Assembly (NCBI GenBank): GCA_029961005.1
Contig: JASBVW010000001.1
Coordinates: 1-34,986 of the forward strand
DNA from: Bacillota bacterium
GTDB taxonomy: Bacteria; Bacillota; UBA5301; JASBVW01
Direction of reading: 5' to 3'
Length of the DNA stretch: 34,986 bases
The notes beneath the pieces were generated by a model, which was not told the origin of the DNA, searched no databases, and was given only the letters and a program-made list of their open reading frames with translations. The position numbers were made by a program, and so were the translations under genes. Shown piece after piece: positions 24,476 to 32,954 of the stretch; position 1 is the first letter of the stretch, and each line of letters begins with the position of its first letter.

Positions 24476-25698
24476 CCCGCATACTCGACCGCTGCCTCAG
24501 CCTGTCGCCAGGGCAGGCCGAAGAGCTCCCTTCCCTCCCAGGTCAGGGAGCCGCTAAGCACGAGATCGTCCACCGGCCCGCTCGCCAACCCGTGCAGAGT
24601 CAAGCGGCCGTCTGTCTTGCGCCAGCCGACCCGCAGCGCCTCAGGCCACTCTGGCCGCGGGAAGAGAGCTTGCACCGCCCTCGACCGCAAGGAGACCCCT
24701 GCCAGCTGCAGGCGCACCGCCAGGCGCGGGCGCTCCCAACCGGCCAGCTCTCCGCTCAGGCGGCCCTGGCCTTCCGCCCACCGGAAGCGCAGCCCCTTCG
24801 TGCTGATCTTTTCCCCGGCCACCTCCACCTGGCCGGTTAAATCTTCCAGGCGCACCCCCCGGTTCAGCGAGAGCGCCACCCCGTTCAGGCGGGCCAAACC
24901 GACCACCAGGGGTTGTTTAGGCTCCCCCTTCACCTCCACCTCCAGGTCGACGACGCCCCGGGGCTTCAGGCCGGACCACCATCCTCGCCACTGGGGCGGA
25001 AGAGGCAGGCGCTCCCCGGCGGACAGGTCGAGGGAGGGCAGGCGGAGGCGCAGGTCGAGGAGAGGCCGGGGCGCCGGGACGATCTTCCCCTCCAGGGCCC
25101 AGGGAGACTTCCCCTCCCGCCAGCGCCCCTCCAGCCAGGCTACGCGCCAGGAATGCCCGTCCAGCTGCATGCGGCCCCGTATCCCCTCTAGGTGCACGAC
25201 CTCCCCGCCTTCCCCGCTGAACGACGCCTTTCCTCGCAAAAGGTTGAGCCAAAGGCGCAGGTTACCCCTCCCGCCCGCCTCGGCCGAGAAGCGGGCGGAA
25301 AGTTGCGCTGCCTCCTGAGCCGAAAGGTTCAGTTCTGGATCCCATACGGAGATGTAGGTGAGAGCAGCCTCCGGGTGTCCGGGGTGAGTGAGCAGCCTCC
25401 ACAAGCTGTACCCCAGCTCCACCCGCGGCGCAGCAAAGAACGGCGGACGACCGGCTGCCGTCGAGCCCAGCGTGAGGTGGCGCAGCACCACGACCTGAAA
25501 GAGCCCGGGTTCTACCCCCTCTACCTTGACCGGCAGCCCTAAGGCCCGCGTGAGCTCGCGCGAGGCCAGGGCGGCCAGATCCATCCGGCTCTGCTCTCGA
25601 CTCGCCAGGCCAAGAAGGAGATGGGAGGCGGCAGCGAAGAAGAGGAAGGCCAGCCCCAGGAGGGACGCCGCCATGAAGATTCGCACCCTTGTTCGCAC
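24094..25698 (-). CDS. tamB: TamB-like N-terminal portion (membrane anchor plus about 400 aa); the 3' 380 nt look like out-of-frame read-through
   Basis: The GTG at 25698 follows GAGGAGG. The N-terminal TM is IFMAASLLGLAFLFFAAASHLL. The sequence looks like a real protein down to about 24479 (AEAAVEYAG), then turns W/G/S/P/R-rich while the overlapping frame (21263..24475) reads as a real protein. Confidence 0.7.
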   Translation of the reverse strand: MRTRVRIFMAASLLGLAFLFFAAASHLLLGLASREQSRMDLAALASRELTRALGLPVKVEGVEPGLFQVVVLRHLTLGSTAAGRPPFFAAPRVELGYSLWRLLTHPGHPEAALTYISVWDPELNLSAQEAAQLSARFSAEAGGRGNLRLWLNLLRGKASFSGEGGEVVHLEGIRGRMQLDGHSWRVAWLEGRWREGKSPWALEGKIVPAPRPLLDLRLRLPSLDLSAGERLPLPPQWRGWWSGLKPRGVVDLEVEVKGEPKQPLVVGLARLNGVALSLNRGVRLEDLTGQVEVAGEKISTKGLRFRWAEGQGRLSGELAGWERPRLAVRLQLAGVSLRSRAVQALFPRPEWPEALRVGWRKTDGRLTLHGLASGPVDDLVLSGSLTWEGRELFGLPWRQAEAAVEYAGCGPSAAWPSAAQPVTPPGKGWWAAGGTPGPLRGSSGCRGWIWPPSPAPSGTPDWPGFLSAKGSWRAGWSGPGEGGDESRSGSPETWRCKGLRSGIGKQTGWRPALCWQGASGTSTSSKSSGGVLWL

Positions 25699-25813
25699 CT
25701 AAATGCCTCCTCTTGCCCCTTCAGGTCTTTCTACACGCGGCTATCCATCCCCTTTTTTCATTTACTTCTCTTCTCTTGCACAATCTCGCCCAAGAGAGGG
25801 AAAACCTCACAAC

Positions 25814-27826
25814 TCACCGCTTGAGCGGCCGGGCGCCGGGCCCGGAGTTTTCGGGCCAGGGAGTGATGGTCAAATCGAACTGTTCCAGACCTTCAATGTA
25901 GTAGGGCGTAGAGACCAGGGCCTTGACGGGAGGGAGCTCCCCCTGAACCCCCGGCTCGGCCTCCCCGTTCCCAGTGGGGGCGGGAGCCCGCTCCGGTTTG
26001 GCAGGCGGCAGCGGTGGCCCTGCCGTCAGGGCTCTCTTCTCTCCCCCTTCCGCCACCCCTTCCTCCAACAGCCCCTCTTCTCCCGGCACCAGAGGGACAA
26101 ACTCCGCAATCAGGTCGCTGTTCTTCTCCCGCCGCACAAAGTCGTCGATCAGTTTGCCCAGGCTCTCATAGCTGGTCCTGGTGCGCTCTTCCTCTTTCTT
26201 CTCTTTCTCCGGCTGTTTCTTTTCGCCTTTCTTCTCCGGCCCTTGATGAGAAGGGGTGAGAGGGGGCAGCTCCTCCCCGTACCCCAGATCCGCCCCGCCG
26301 CGGACGGTGACCGTAACCGTTCCCGGGGGCGTGCTCAGGGGAACATCCAACCTCAGGGTCTGCTTGACCGGCTCCTGCCGGTAAGGCCGCAGAAGGACGG
26401 TCAGCTCCACCGACTCTCCCGGGTGGATCTCCTTCCGCGCCGGGATGACCTTCTCGATGCGGGCCGTATTTCTGCTCTCGCTGACCTCCACCGTGAGGGA
26501 GACGTTCTTGACCCGTACAGACTGGAATTCGTTGTTCAAGACCATATCCAGCCCTTCCATGAACTCGCCCAGGCTGAGGGCGGCAATATCGAAGTCGCTG
26601 TAAAAGATGTTCTCCCTGGTAAAGCCCCCCTGAGGCAGGCCTTCCCCCTCCACCTGAAACCGCACCCGGGCAGTCCCCCGCCCGATGCGATCAAATCCCA
26701 GGTCCAGGGCCTGCAAGGCGGCCGAACCCAAAAGGTCCAGGGACAGCTGCTCGTCCTGGATCACTTCTACGTACAGGTCGCTCTGTCTCTGGCGGTCGCG
26801 GTCCACCACCCTGACGTGGACCGGAATGGCCAGGGGGCGCCGGCCCAACACCCCTGCCACCCCTTTCGCGCGGTCTTGTGTCACCGTCCCCACCAGATTC
26901 AGCGAGGTGCCAATCTTAAAGGGCATACCCAGGCTGGGAACGGCCAGGTGGATGTAGGCGCGGGTGGCGAAGAAATTGGCCGCCCCCCGGCTCATGAAGG
27001 GATGGCCAAAGGCCAGGAAGCGATCGCCTTCCACGTAGGTCACCGTCCCCAAGGCAGTGACCTCCACGTCGCCGCGCACCAGCTGCAGTCCGATGGCGCT
27101 TCCCGGCTGCAGCCTCTCCCCGCCAGCTCCCGGGTCGGGGCTCTTTCCACCGCCTTGTGGCAGCCCCCCTCCTCCGTTCAGGGGAATGACTTGCAGGTTA
27201 TAAGGGGCCAGCACGCGGCGCAGCCGCTCCAAAGCCCGAGCATTCAGGCCGCTGACCAGGACAGGCGTGGCTACGGGAACCATGGTCAGGGTATCGGGGC
27301 GCGGGGTCACCGCCTCCCCTGCTGCGACAAAGGACACGCCGGTCACGGTCCGCCCGTCCAGGGCCAAAGGCTCCGTCAGCGGCAGATAGGTTTCCTGGCG
27401 GACCAGTTCCAGGACCTGGAGCATATCAGCGATGGGGGTGACGAAGCCGATGCGGTGGTCGGTGTAATCAAAGGCAAAAGAAAGCGCCCCCACCAGGCGG
27501 CCGTCGATGTAGACCGGGCTGCCGCTCATTCCGGCGGCAATGCCCCCGGCCTCATCGATGAGGGGACCGCTGACGCGCACCAGGATGAGGTCCCCCGCCG
27601 GCCCGGGAGCGGTGACGACTCCCAGGACCTCTACGTCAAAGTTCTCCACCGCGGTGCCGTGCAGCACCGTCTTCCCTATACCCCGGGCTCCTTTTTGCAC
27701 CTGTGCCACCGGAAGAAAAGCCGAAGCCGGAGCCGCCTCCCCGCTCTCGGTCGGCCATAAAATGAGCAGGGTCAGCACAACGGCGCCTACCAGCGCTCCC
27801 CGCAGGGAGAAAAGCCCTCTCTTCAC
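25814..27826 (-). CDS. Secreted peptidase S55 (SpoIVB-family) domain protein, non-canonical long form
   Basis: 670 aa with a signal peptide. The N-terminal protease-like segment contains GIAAGMSGSPVYIDGRLVGALSFAF, which is the S55 / chymotrypsin-fold serine motif. A Lys/Glu-rich linker (KKGEKKQPEKEKKEEE) lies near the C-terminus. It lacks the PDZ-first architecture of true SpoIVB. Confidence 0.55.
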   Translation of the reverse strand: MKRGLFSLRGALVGAVVLTLLILWPTESGEAAPASAFLPVAQVQKGARGIGKTVLHGTAVENFDVEVLGVVTAPGPAGDLILVRVSGPLIDEAGGIAAGMSGSPVYIDGRLVGALSFAFDYTDHRIGFVTPIADMLQVLELVRQETYLPLTEPLALDGRTVTGVSFVAAGEAVTPRPDTLTMVPVATPVLVSGLNARALERLRRVLAPYNLQVIPLNGGGGLPQGGGKSPDPGAGGERLQPGSAIGLQLVRGDVEVTALGTVTYVEGDRFLAFGHPFMSRGAANFFATRAYIHLAVPSLGMPFKIGTSLNLVGTVTQDRAKGVAGVLGRRPLAIPVHVRVVDRDRQRQSDLYVEVIQDEQLSLDLLGSAALQALDLGFDRIGRGTARVRFQVEGEGLPQGGFTRENIFYSDFDIAALSLGEFMEGLDMVLNNEFQSVRVKNVSLTVEVSESRNTARIEKVIPARKEIHPGESVELTVLLRPYRQEPVKQTLRLDVPLSTPPGTVTVTVRGGADLGYGEELPPLTPSHQGPEKKGEKKQPEKEKKEEERTRTSYESLGKLIDDFVRREKNSDLIAEFVPLVPGEEGLLEEGVAEGGEKRALTAGPPLPPAKPERAPAPTGNGEAEPGVQGELPPVKALVSTPYYIEGLEQFDLTITPWPENSGPGARPLKR

Positions 27827-27841
27827 TCTTACCGCTTCCTT

Positions 27842-29680
27842 TCATGGCTGGGCAAAGAAGAGGATCGCGTTGCTGACCGCCCGCTCCCGCCCATCGGAGG
27901 GCAGGTTAAAGACGCGGTCGCGGATGACCAGGGCGGTCGACCCTCCCCCATCCAGATTCATCGCCTCCACAGCCCCCAAATCCCTGAGCAACCACGCCAG
28001 CTCGGCCAGGGTCATGCCTACGCTAATTCCCGGCCGTCGGCCGCTGACCACCGCGAAGATGACCTTCCCTTCGGGGGTCAGGCCGATCCCCGTCCGGGGC
28101 GCCCGGCCCACCGCCACATCGGGCCGGAACTCTTCTTCTTCCGCGGTGATGTGCACCTCTCCCTGCTGGAGAAGCCGCGGGCCGCCGCCCACCGCCTGCC
28201 TGATCCCCAGTGCCCGCCAGTCCGGCTCCGTGGCCGGATCCACCGCCACCACATCCCCCGGCCGCACCCCCGCCAGGGCATCCCGGGCAGCCCCGTGGGC
28301 AGAGAGGACAAACCCGCCCCGGGGAATGGGAGCGTTGCCACCCTCCACTACCGCCGAGACCCTCCCCTCCTCCACCACGTACTCCCTGCCGGCGCTGTTG
28401 GTTCTGGTGGAGCTACCAAAAGCGGGCGTATAGAGGATGAGCTCATCCTTGCCCCGCCAGCGGTTGATCCCGTGGAGAGGCAACTCCCGCCCGGCTACCG
28501 TCACCCGGCCGCAAAAGTTCAGGTTCAGGATCAGGGGGGTCCCCTCTTCTGTCAGGGCGAAGACCGTCCGGTTGCGGATGGGCTCGCTCAGCATCTCCCC
28601 GTCAATGATCACCGCCCCCAGGGTGTCGCCGGTGTAATGGAAGTACCCGCCGTTCACCCCGGCGATGGCCCCGTAGCGCCGGGCCAGGGAGCTGACCGTC
28701 TCGGTGCCGCTGAATCCCTCCCGGGCCAAGACCGGCTTAAGGGTTAGCCCCGGCTCCCGCAGGTCGGCTTCCAGGATGTCAGCGATGATGGGGCCGGCCA
28801 CCGACAGCCGCTTGATGCGGCGGTAGACGAGCCCGGGCACCACCGTGGTGGCCAGCCGCTCTTCCACGTAGAGCGGCAACTCCACCACCAGGCGGCGCAG
28901 GGAGGGCTCACCCCGCACCCGGAAGCCGAAGAACGCCCCCTTCAGCTCAATATTTATGCGCCCCTCGTCCCCCACCTGCTGAAACGAAACGCCGTCCACC
29001 AGGGGAGAGCGGCCGTCGTCCCTGAAGTCGGGCAGCGCCCCCACGTAAGATCGGGGGAGCCTGACCACCAGGCGCCGCCCCGGCCTGTCTTCCGTCACTT
29101 CGCACTCCACGGGAGAAGTCCCCTGGATTAGCACGGCGGCCTTTTCCTGATCGCTCCGCACCTCTACCGCGGTGATGAGGTTAAACTCCCGCCCCGGCTG
29201 GGCCACGGCCACCACGCGGTGCTCCTTGTCTACTGCTACCATCCAGTTCAGCCAGCGGAGGACGGGTACCGCCGGCACCAGGATGCCCATCCCTTCCCGG
29301 ACCACCGGCGCCCTCTCGGCCCAAACCCTGCCCCGGTCGTCTTCCATCCGACCCGCCGCCAGGTTTACGGTCAGGCGCCCTTCCCCCTCCCCTCCCAGGA
29401 AAGAAAGCCGGTCCGAGCCAGGCTCATAAAGCAAACCCCGGCCCGTCAGCTCCGCCAGGGCCAGGGCCGGCAACAGCACCTCTTCCCCTTGCCAAACTCC
29501 CAGCAGAGAAGGGGAGGGTTTCCCGTTCAAGACCAGCCGGACTTCCTGCAGACCCGCCGCACCCCCGGCTCCGGGCGCCACCGCCGCTCCCACCGCCGCC
29601 CCCGGCGGAAAAAGGAGAAGAAAGACCACGGCGCCCGCCAGGGCTCGGGAAAGGCCTGCCTTTTTACTTCTCCCCTGCAC
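27842..29680 (-). CDS. Secreted multidomain protein: copper-amine-oxidase-N-like stalk, AMIN-like domain and phosphodiester glycosidase (DUF2233/NAGPA-like) domain
   Basis: The C-terminal half has GVNGGYFHYTGDTLGAVIIDGE, GGGPRLLQQGE, PRTGIGLTPEGKVIFAVVSGR and AMNLDGGGSTALV, typical of phosphodiester glycosidases. The middle segment AVEVRSDQEKAAVLIQG...RRLVVRLP...RRLVVELP is AMIN-like. I prefer the GTG at 29680 (AGGAG 6 nt upstream, followed by a signal peptide). The ORF-track start at 29974 lies inside the flgJ-like gene. Confidence 0.7.
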   Translation of the reverse strand: MQGRSKKAGLSRALAGAVVFLLLFPPGAAVGAAVAPGAGGAAGLQEVRLVLNGKPSPSLLGVWQGEEVLLPALALAELTGRGLLYEPGSDRLSFLGGEGEGRLTVNLAAGRMEDDRGRVWAERAPVVREGMGILVPAVPVLRWLNWMVAVDKEHRVVAVAQPGREFNLITAVEVRSDQEKAAVLIQGTSPVECEVTEDRPGRRLVVRLPRSYVGALPDFRDDGRSPLVDGVSFQQVGDEGRINIELKGAFFGFRVRGEPSLRRLVVELPLYVEERLATTVVPGLVYRRIKRLSVAGPIIADILEADLREPGLTLKPVLAREGFSGTETVSSLARRYGAIAGVNGGYFHYTGDTLGAVIIDGEMLSEPIRNRTVFALTEEGTPLILNLNFCGRVTVAGRELPLHGINRWRGKDELILYTPAFGSSTRTNSAGREYVVEEGRVSAVVEGGNAPIPRGGFVLSAHGAARDALAGVRPGDVVAVDPATEPDWRALGIRQAVGGGPRLLQQGEVHITAEEEEFRPDVAVGRAPRTGIGLTPEGKVIFAVVSGRRPGISVGMTLAELAWLLRDLGAVEAMNLDGGGSTALVIRDRVFNLPSDGRERAVSNAILFFAQP

Positions 29681-30065
29681 CTTCTTCTCCTGCCCCTTCC
29701 CTCGGCTGCCGAGAAGTACCAGTGCCACCCAAGACCAGCTGGCGCTCCAGAGCCGCAGCCAGGCCCAAACCGCCTGCCTCGGCCATGCGGCGGGAGAACT
29801 CGTCATCCAGCATCTCCTCAAAGATCTCGTCAGCCAACGTGCGCGGCAGGAGATCAGAGCGAGGCACTGTCTTCCGCATGGCCTTCCAGAGCTGGGCGAT
29901 AAACAGCGCCTCCATCTCTCGAGCGGCGGCGCGCAAAGCTTCCGCATCCGACTCGGAAGTGCCGCGGGGGACATCCCCCGCCGGCACCTGGCGCCAGCGG
30001 GAGCGCAAAAGGTCCAGGTCCACCGGGTTCTTCATCCATCCGCTCTCGATCTCCACTTCATCCAT
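29664..30065 (-). CDS. flgJ: Flagellar rod-binding protein (FlgJ N-terminal-domain type, no muramidase domain)
   Basis: 133 aa. AAAREMEALFIAQLWKAMRKT and DEIFEEMLDDEFSRRMAE match the Rod-binding domain pattern. The gene sits immediately downstream of flgI. Confidence 0.7.
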   Translation of the reverse strand: MDEVEIESGWMKNPVDLDLLRSRWRQVPAGDVPRGTSESDAEALRAAAREMEALFIAQLWKAMRKTVPRSDLLPRTLADEIFEEMLDDEFSRRMAEAGGLGLAAALERQLVLGGTGTSRQPREGAGEEGAGEK

Positions 30066-30085
30066 CTCCTGTCTTACGGCCCGGC

Positions 30086-31246
30086 TTATTGAATAATCAA
30101 CTCTCCGTGCAGGGCCCCCGCCGCCTTGATGGCCTGCAGGATGGCGATGATGTCCCGCGGCGTGGCCCCCACGCCGTTCAGAGCGTCCACCAGGTCCTGT
30201 ACCGCCACCGGAGAAGGCAGGACGACCATGTGCCCCTGTCCCTCCTCCGCCGTAATCTCAGCCCCCGGGGTGACGACCGTCTCGCCTCCGGAGAACGGCG
30301 GAGGCTGCGACACCTCCGGCCGGGAGACGATACGCACGCTCAGGTTGCCCTGGGCCACGGCCACCGTGGAGAGCCGCACCTGATGGCCCACCACAATGGT
30401 CCCGGTCCGCTCGTTGACCACGATCCGCGCCACCCCGTCCGGGCGCACGGGCAGCTCCTCCAGGGCAGCGATGAAGCTCACCGGCTCTTCCCGGTAGGCC
30501 GCCGGCAGGACCACCTCTACGGTGCTCTTGTCCACCGCCCGCGCCGTCTGGGGGGTAAAGGTGCGGTTGATCACCTCCGCCACCCGGGCAGCGGTGGTGA
30601 AATCCGGTTCCCGCAGCACTAAAGTCACCCGGTCCTGGGTCGCCAGCTCCGCCGGCACCTCCACCTCCACGGTGGCCCCTCCCGGCACGATGCCCACGGT
30701 GGGATGGTTCTTCTCCACCGCTGCACCGCCGCGGCGCACGTTAAACCCCCCGATGGAGACGGGTCCCTGGGCCACCGCGTAGACCCGTCCGTCCGCCCCG
30801 CGGAGGGGAGTCAAAAGCAGGACGCCCCCCTGCAGGCTCTTGGCATCGCCCAGGGAGGAGACGAGCACGTCAATCCGGTCCCCGTTCCGGGCAAAAGGCG
30901 GCAGTTCCGCGGTCACGGTCACCGCCGCCACGTTGCGCACCCGCAGCCGTTCCGGAGGAACGGTCACCCCAAAATTCCGGAGCATGTTGGCCACCATTTG
31001 GACGTTGGCCAAAGACGTACTGGAATCTCCCGTCCCTTCCAGGCCGGTCACCAACCCCAGCCCCGTGAGCTGGTTGGGGCGGTCGCCCAGAATGCGCGCT
31101 ATATCCTTGATGCGCACCGCGGGGTCATCGGCGGGGGCAGCCTGCGCCGCAGCTCCCAGCAGCCCGCCCAGGGCCAGGACCCAGAGCATCAAAATGGCCA
31201 GGCGCTTACGCCTGCACATCAACTTCTGCCGGCACACGGGCCTCAC
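30086..31246 (-). CDS. flgI: Flagellar P-ring protein FlgI
   Basis: After a signal peptide come VRIKDIARILGDRPNQLTGLGLVTGLEGTGDS, GGVLLLTPLRGADGRVYAVAQGPVSIGGF and the C-terminal DLVDALNGVGATPRDIIAILQAIKAAGALHGELIIQ. The start could instead be the ATG at 31219. Confidence 0.93.
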   Translation of the reverse strand: MRPVCRQKLMCRRKRLAILMLWVLALGGLLGAAAQAAPADDPAVRIKDIARILGDRPNQLTGLGLVTGLEGTGDSSTSLANVQMVANMLRNFGVTVPPERLRVRNVAAVTVTAELPPFARNGDRIDVLVSSLGDAKSLQGGVLLLTPLRGADGRVYAVAQGPVSIGGFNVRRGGAAVEKNHPTVGIVPGGATVEVEVPAELATQDRVTLVLREPDFTTAARVAEVINRTFTPQTARAVDKSTVEVVLPAAYREEPVSFIAALEELPVRPDGVARIVVNERTGTIVVGHQVRLSTVAVAQGNLSVRIVSRPEVSQPPPFSGGETVVTPGAEITAEEGQGHMVVLPSPVAVQDLVDALNGVGATPRDIIAILQAIKAAGALHGELIIQ

Positions 31247-31249
31247 CCC

Positions 31250-31861
31250 TCAAAAGAGCCAATTAAAGATGCGAGTCAAGATGCCGGGCTCCTGCTTGGC
31301 GCCCAGCGGCCCCTCGCCTTGATAGGTGATGCGGGCATCGGCCACATAAGTGGAAAGAACGGTATTCTCCGCGGTGATATCTTCCGGACGCACCAGCCCG
31401 GAGACCACTATCTTTTGCTTCTCCCCGTTCACCACGATCTCCTGTCGCCCCTCCACCACCAGGGTGCCGTTGGGGAGAACTTCTTTGACCATCACCGTAA
31501 GGCGGGCGCTCAGGCTGCCCCCCCGCACCGTGGTCCCGGAAGCGTCGAACTTATCTCCCCCCTCTGCCTTTAGATAAGGGAGGAGATCAGACAGGGCCCC
31601 CAGACCCGGCCCCACGCCCACCTCCGCCTCCTTGCCGGCCTTGGTGGAGGCGTTTTGCGTCGCCTGGGTGCGTTCTACGATGATGATGGTCAAAAGGTCG
31701 CCCTCTCGGGAGGCCCGTCGGTCGGCAAAAAGGTTGACCGGCTCTCGGGCCTGAGCCCAAAGCGAGGTAGCCCCGGCCGCTTCCACCCAAAACAGGACCA
31801 GCCACAGACTTCCCAGCGCCATCTTCCAAAACCAGCGCTTGCGCACGAGCCAGCCGGTCAT
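31250..31861 (-). CDS. flgH: Flagellar L-ring protein FlgH, with no lipobox cysteine
   Basis: 203 aa starting at ATG 31861, with GGAGG 7-8 nt upstream. Motifs LFADRRASREGDLLTIIIVE, GGSLSARLTVMVKEVLPNGTLVVEGRQEIVVNGEKQKIVVSGLVRPEDI and VADARITYQG are present. The ORF-track extension to 32455 overlaps flgA and is Gly/Ala/Pro/Arg-rich junk. Confidence 0.9.
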   Translation of the reverse strand: MTGWLVRKRWFWKMALGSLWLVLFWVEAAGATSLWAQAREPVNLFADRRASREGDLLTIIIVERTQATQNASTKAGKEAEVGVGPGLGALSDLLPYLKAEGGDKFDASGTTVRGGSLSARLTVMVKEVLPNGTLVVEGRQEIVVNGEKQKIVVSGLVRPEDITAENTVLSTYVADARITYQGEGPLGAKQEPGILTRIFNWLF

Positions 31862-31875
31862 CTCCGGTCCCTCCT

Positions 31876-32907
31876 TCACCTCAACACTTCCACTTCCCGG
31901 GGCCCCACCACCCGGCCCTGCAGGATCTTGCCCGAGTCTACATTCTGCACCCGGATGACCTGCCCCTGCCCCCCATCCTCCAGGGCCCTGCCCACTGCCG
32001 TAACGACCACGCCCCGCTGCCGCACGGTCAGCACCACTTCCGTTCCCTTCTCCACCACAGGCACGGGCTCTACCGCGCTTAGGCGCAGGACCTCGCCCGC
32101 CCGCACCGAGCGCACCAGGCGTTGGCCGAGCAGGTCCTCCTGGGTCCAGGCCACATCGGCCGGCAGGCCTTTCAAGGCCAGAACCTGAACAGACAGGTCC
32201 TCCCGGGCCAGGACGCGGCGGGGCGGAAGATCGGCGGCTGCCACCACCACCGCCCCCCGGGCCAGGACCTCCAGCCGGGGGCGAAAAGAGGCGACCACCC
32301 TTCCCTCCACCAGGGCGCGCACGGTTGGCTGCAGCACCCCGGCGGAGAAAGCCCGCCTCAGCTCCTGCGGCGAGGCCTCCAGCTCCCAAGCCAGCTCCCC
32401 CTCCGGGATGCGCAGAGAAGAAGGCCAGGAGAGAACCTTTGCCTCCAGCTGCCACTCCGGGGAAGGAAGGCGGCGGCGCAATAAGGAGAATAAGACGGGC
32501 TCCGCCTCCCGGGCGGTGAGGATGCGCCCTGCCGTCCTCACGGTCACCGCCTCCGGCCCCGACCAGACCAAGCGCTCCTCGGGATACCCGGCCCCCCGCA
32601 GGCGCACCAGTACGGTGGCCCGGCTGAGCTGCCGCTCCGCCCCCGGCAGAGCGGCCTGCCCCAAGATGAGGCGGGTCAGGGCAGCCCTCTCCTCCTCACT
32701 TCCCCCTTCCAGGTCGGCTACCTCCCCCAAAGAAATCTGGGGTCCTCTGACTTCGGCGGAGTGGAGCGTAATGACAATGGTCTCCCCGGCCGCTCTCCCA
32801 ACCGCCGGCGGCAGCCCGGCAGAAGCGGCCCACAGGCCGGCCAGCGCCAGAGCCAGCGCCAGCCAGGCCCGTCCGGGCCTATTCCTGTGCGACCCACCCA
32901 TCTTCAT
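31876..32907 (-). CDS. flgA: Flagellar P-ring assembly chaperone FlgA (long form)
   Basis: Signal peptide. The C-terminal SAF/ChapFlgA pattern reads LGQRLVRSVRAGEVLRLSAVEPVPVVEKGTEVVLTVRQRGVVVTAVGRALEDGGQGQVIRVQNVDSGKILQGRVVGPREVEV. Confidence 0.8.
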   Translation of the reverse strand: MKMGGSHRNRPGRAWLALALALAGLWAASAGLPPAVGRAAGETIVITLHSAEVRGPQISLGEVADLEGGSEEERAALTRLILGQAALPGAERQLSRATVLVRLRGAGYPEERLVWSGPEAVTVRTAGRILTAREAEPVLFSLLRRRLPSPEWQLEAKVLSWPSSLRIPEGELAWELEASPQELRRAFSAGVLQPTVRALVEGRVVASFRPRLEVLARGAVVVAAADLPPRRVLAREDLSVQVLALKGLPADVAWTQEDLLGQRLVRSVRAGEVLRLSAVEPVPVVEKGTEVVLTVRQRGVVVTAVGRALEDGGQGQVIRVQNVDSGKILQGRVVGPREVEVLR

Positions 32908-32954
32908 CCGCCCCTCTGGACCCTCCGGGCTCTTTCCCGCTCCCTGCTCAGGCT

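Noticed and set aside
23012-25318. A 768-aa plus-strand ORF opposite tamB.
   Set aside because: It is antisense to a gene with clear TamB/DUF490 features. Its composition is dominated by P, R, G, A and S, and no RBS or start context stands out. I treat it as a GC-driven artefact.
25703-27760. A 685-aa plus-strand ORF opposite the S55 peptidase-like gene.
   Set aside because: Same reasoning as the other antisense ORFs: low-complexity, Arg/Pro/Gly/His-rich translation. The minus-strand frame has a signal peptide and a serine-protease motif.
29681-29974. An N-terminal extension of the phosphodiester-glycosidase ORF (track start 29974).
   Set aside because: The extension overlaps the flgJ-like gene in another frame and is Cys/Arg/Trp/Ser-rich. 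The GTG at 29680 has a good RBS and is followed by a proper signal peptide.
31862-32455. A 198-codon N-terminal extension of the flgH ORF in the ORF track (401 aa in total).
   Set aside because: The extension is Gly/Ala/Pro/Arg junk that fully overlaps the flgA coding frame. A canonical ATG at 31861 with a GGAGG RBS and a signal peptide gives a normal-length FlgH.
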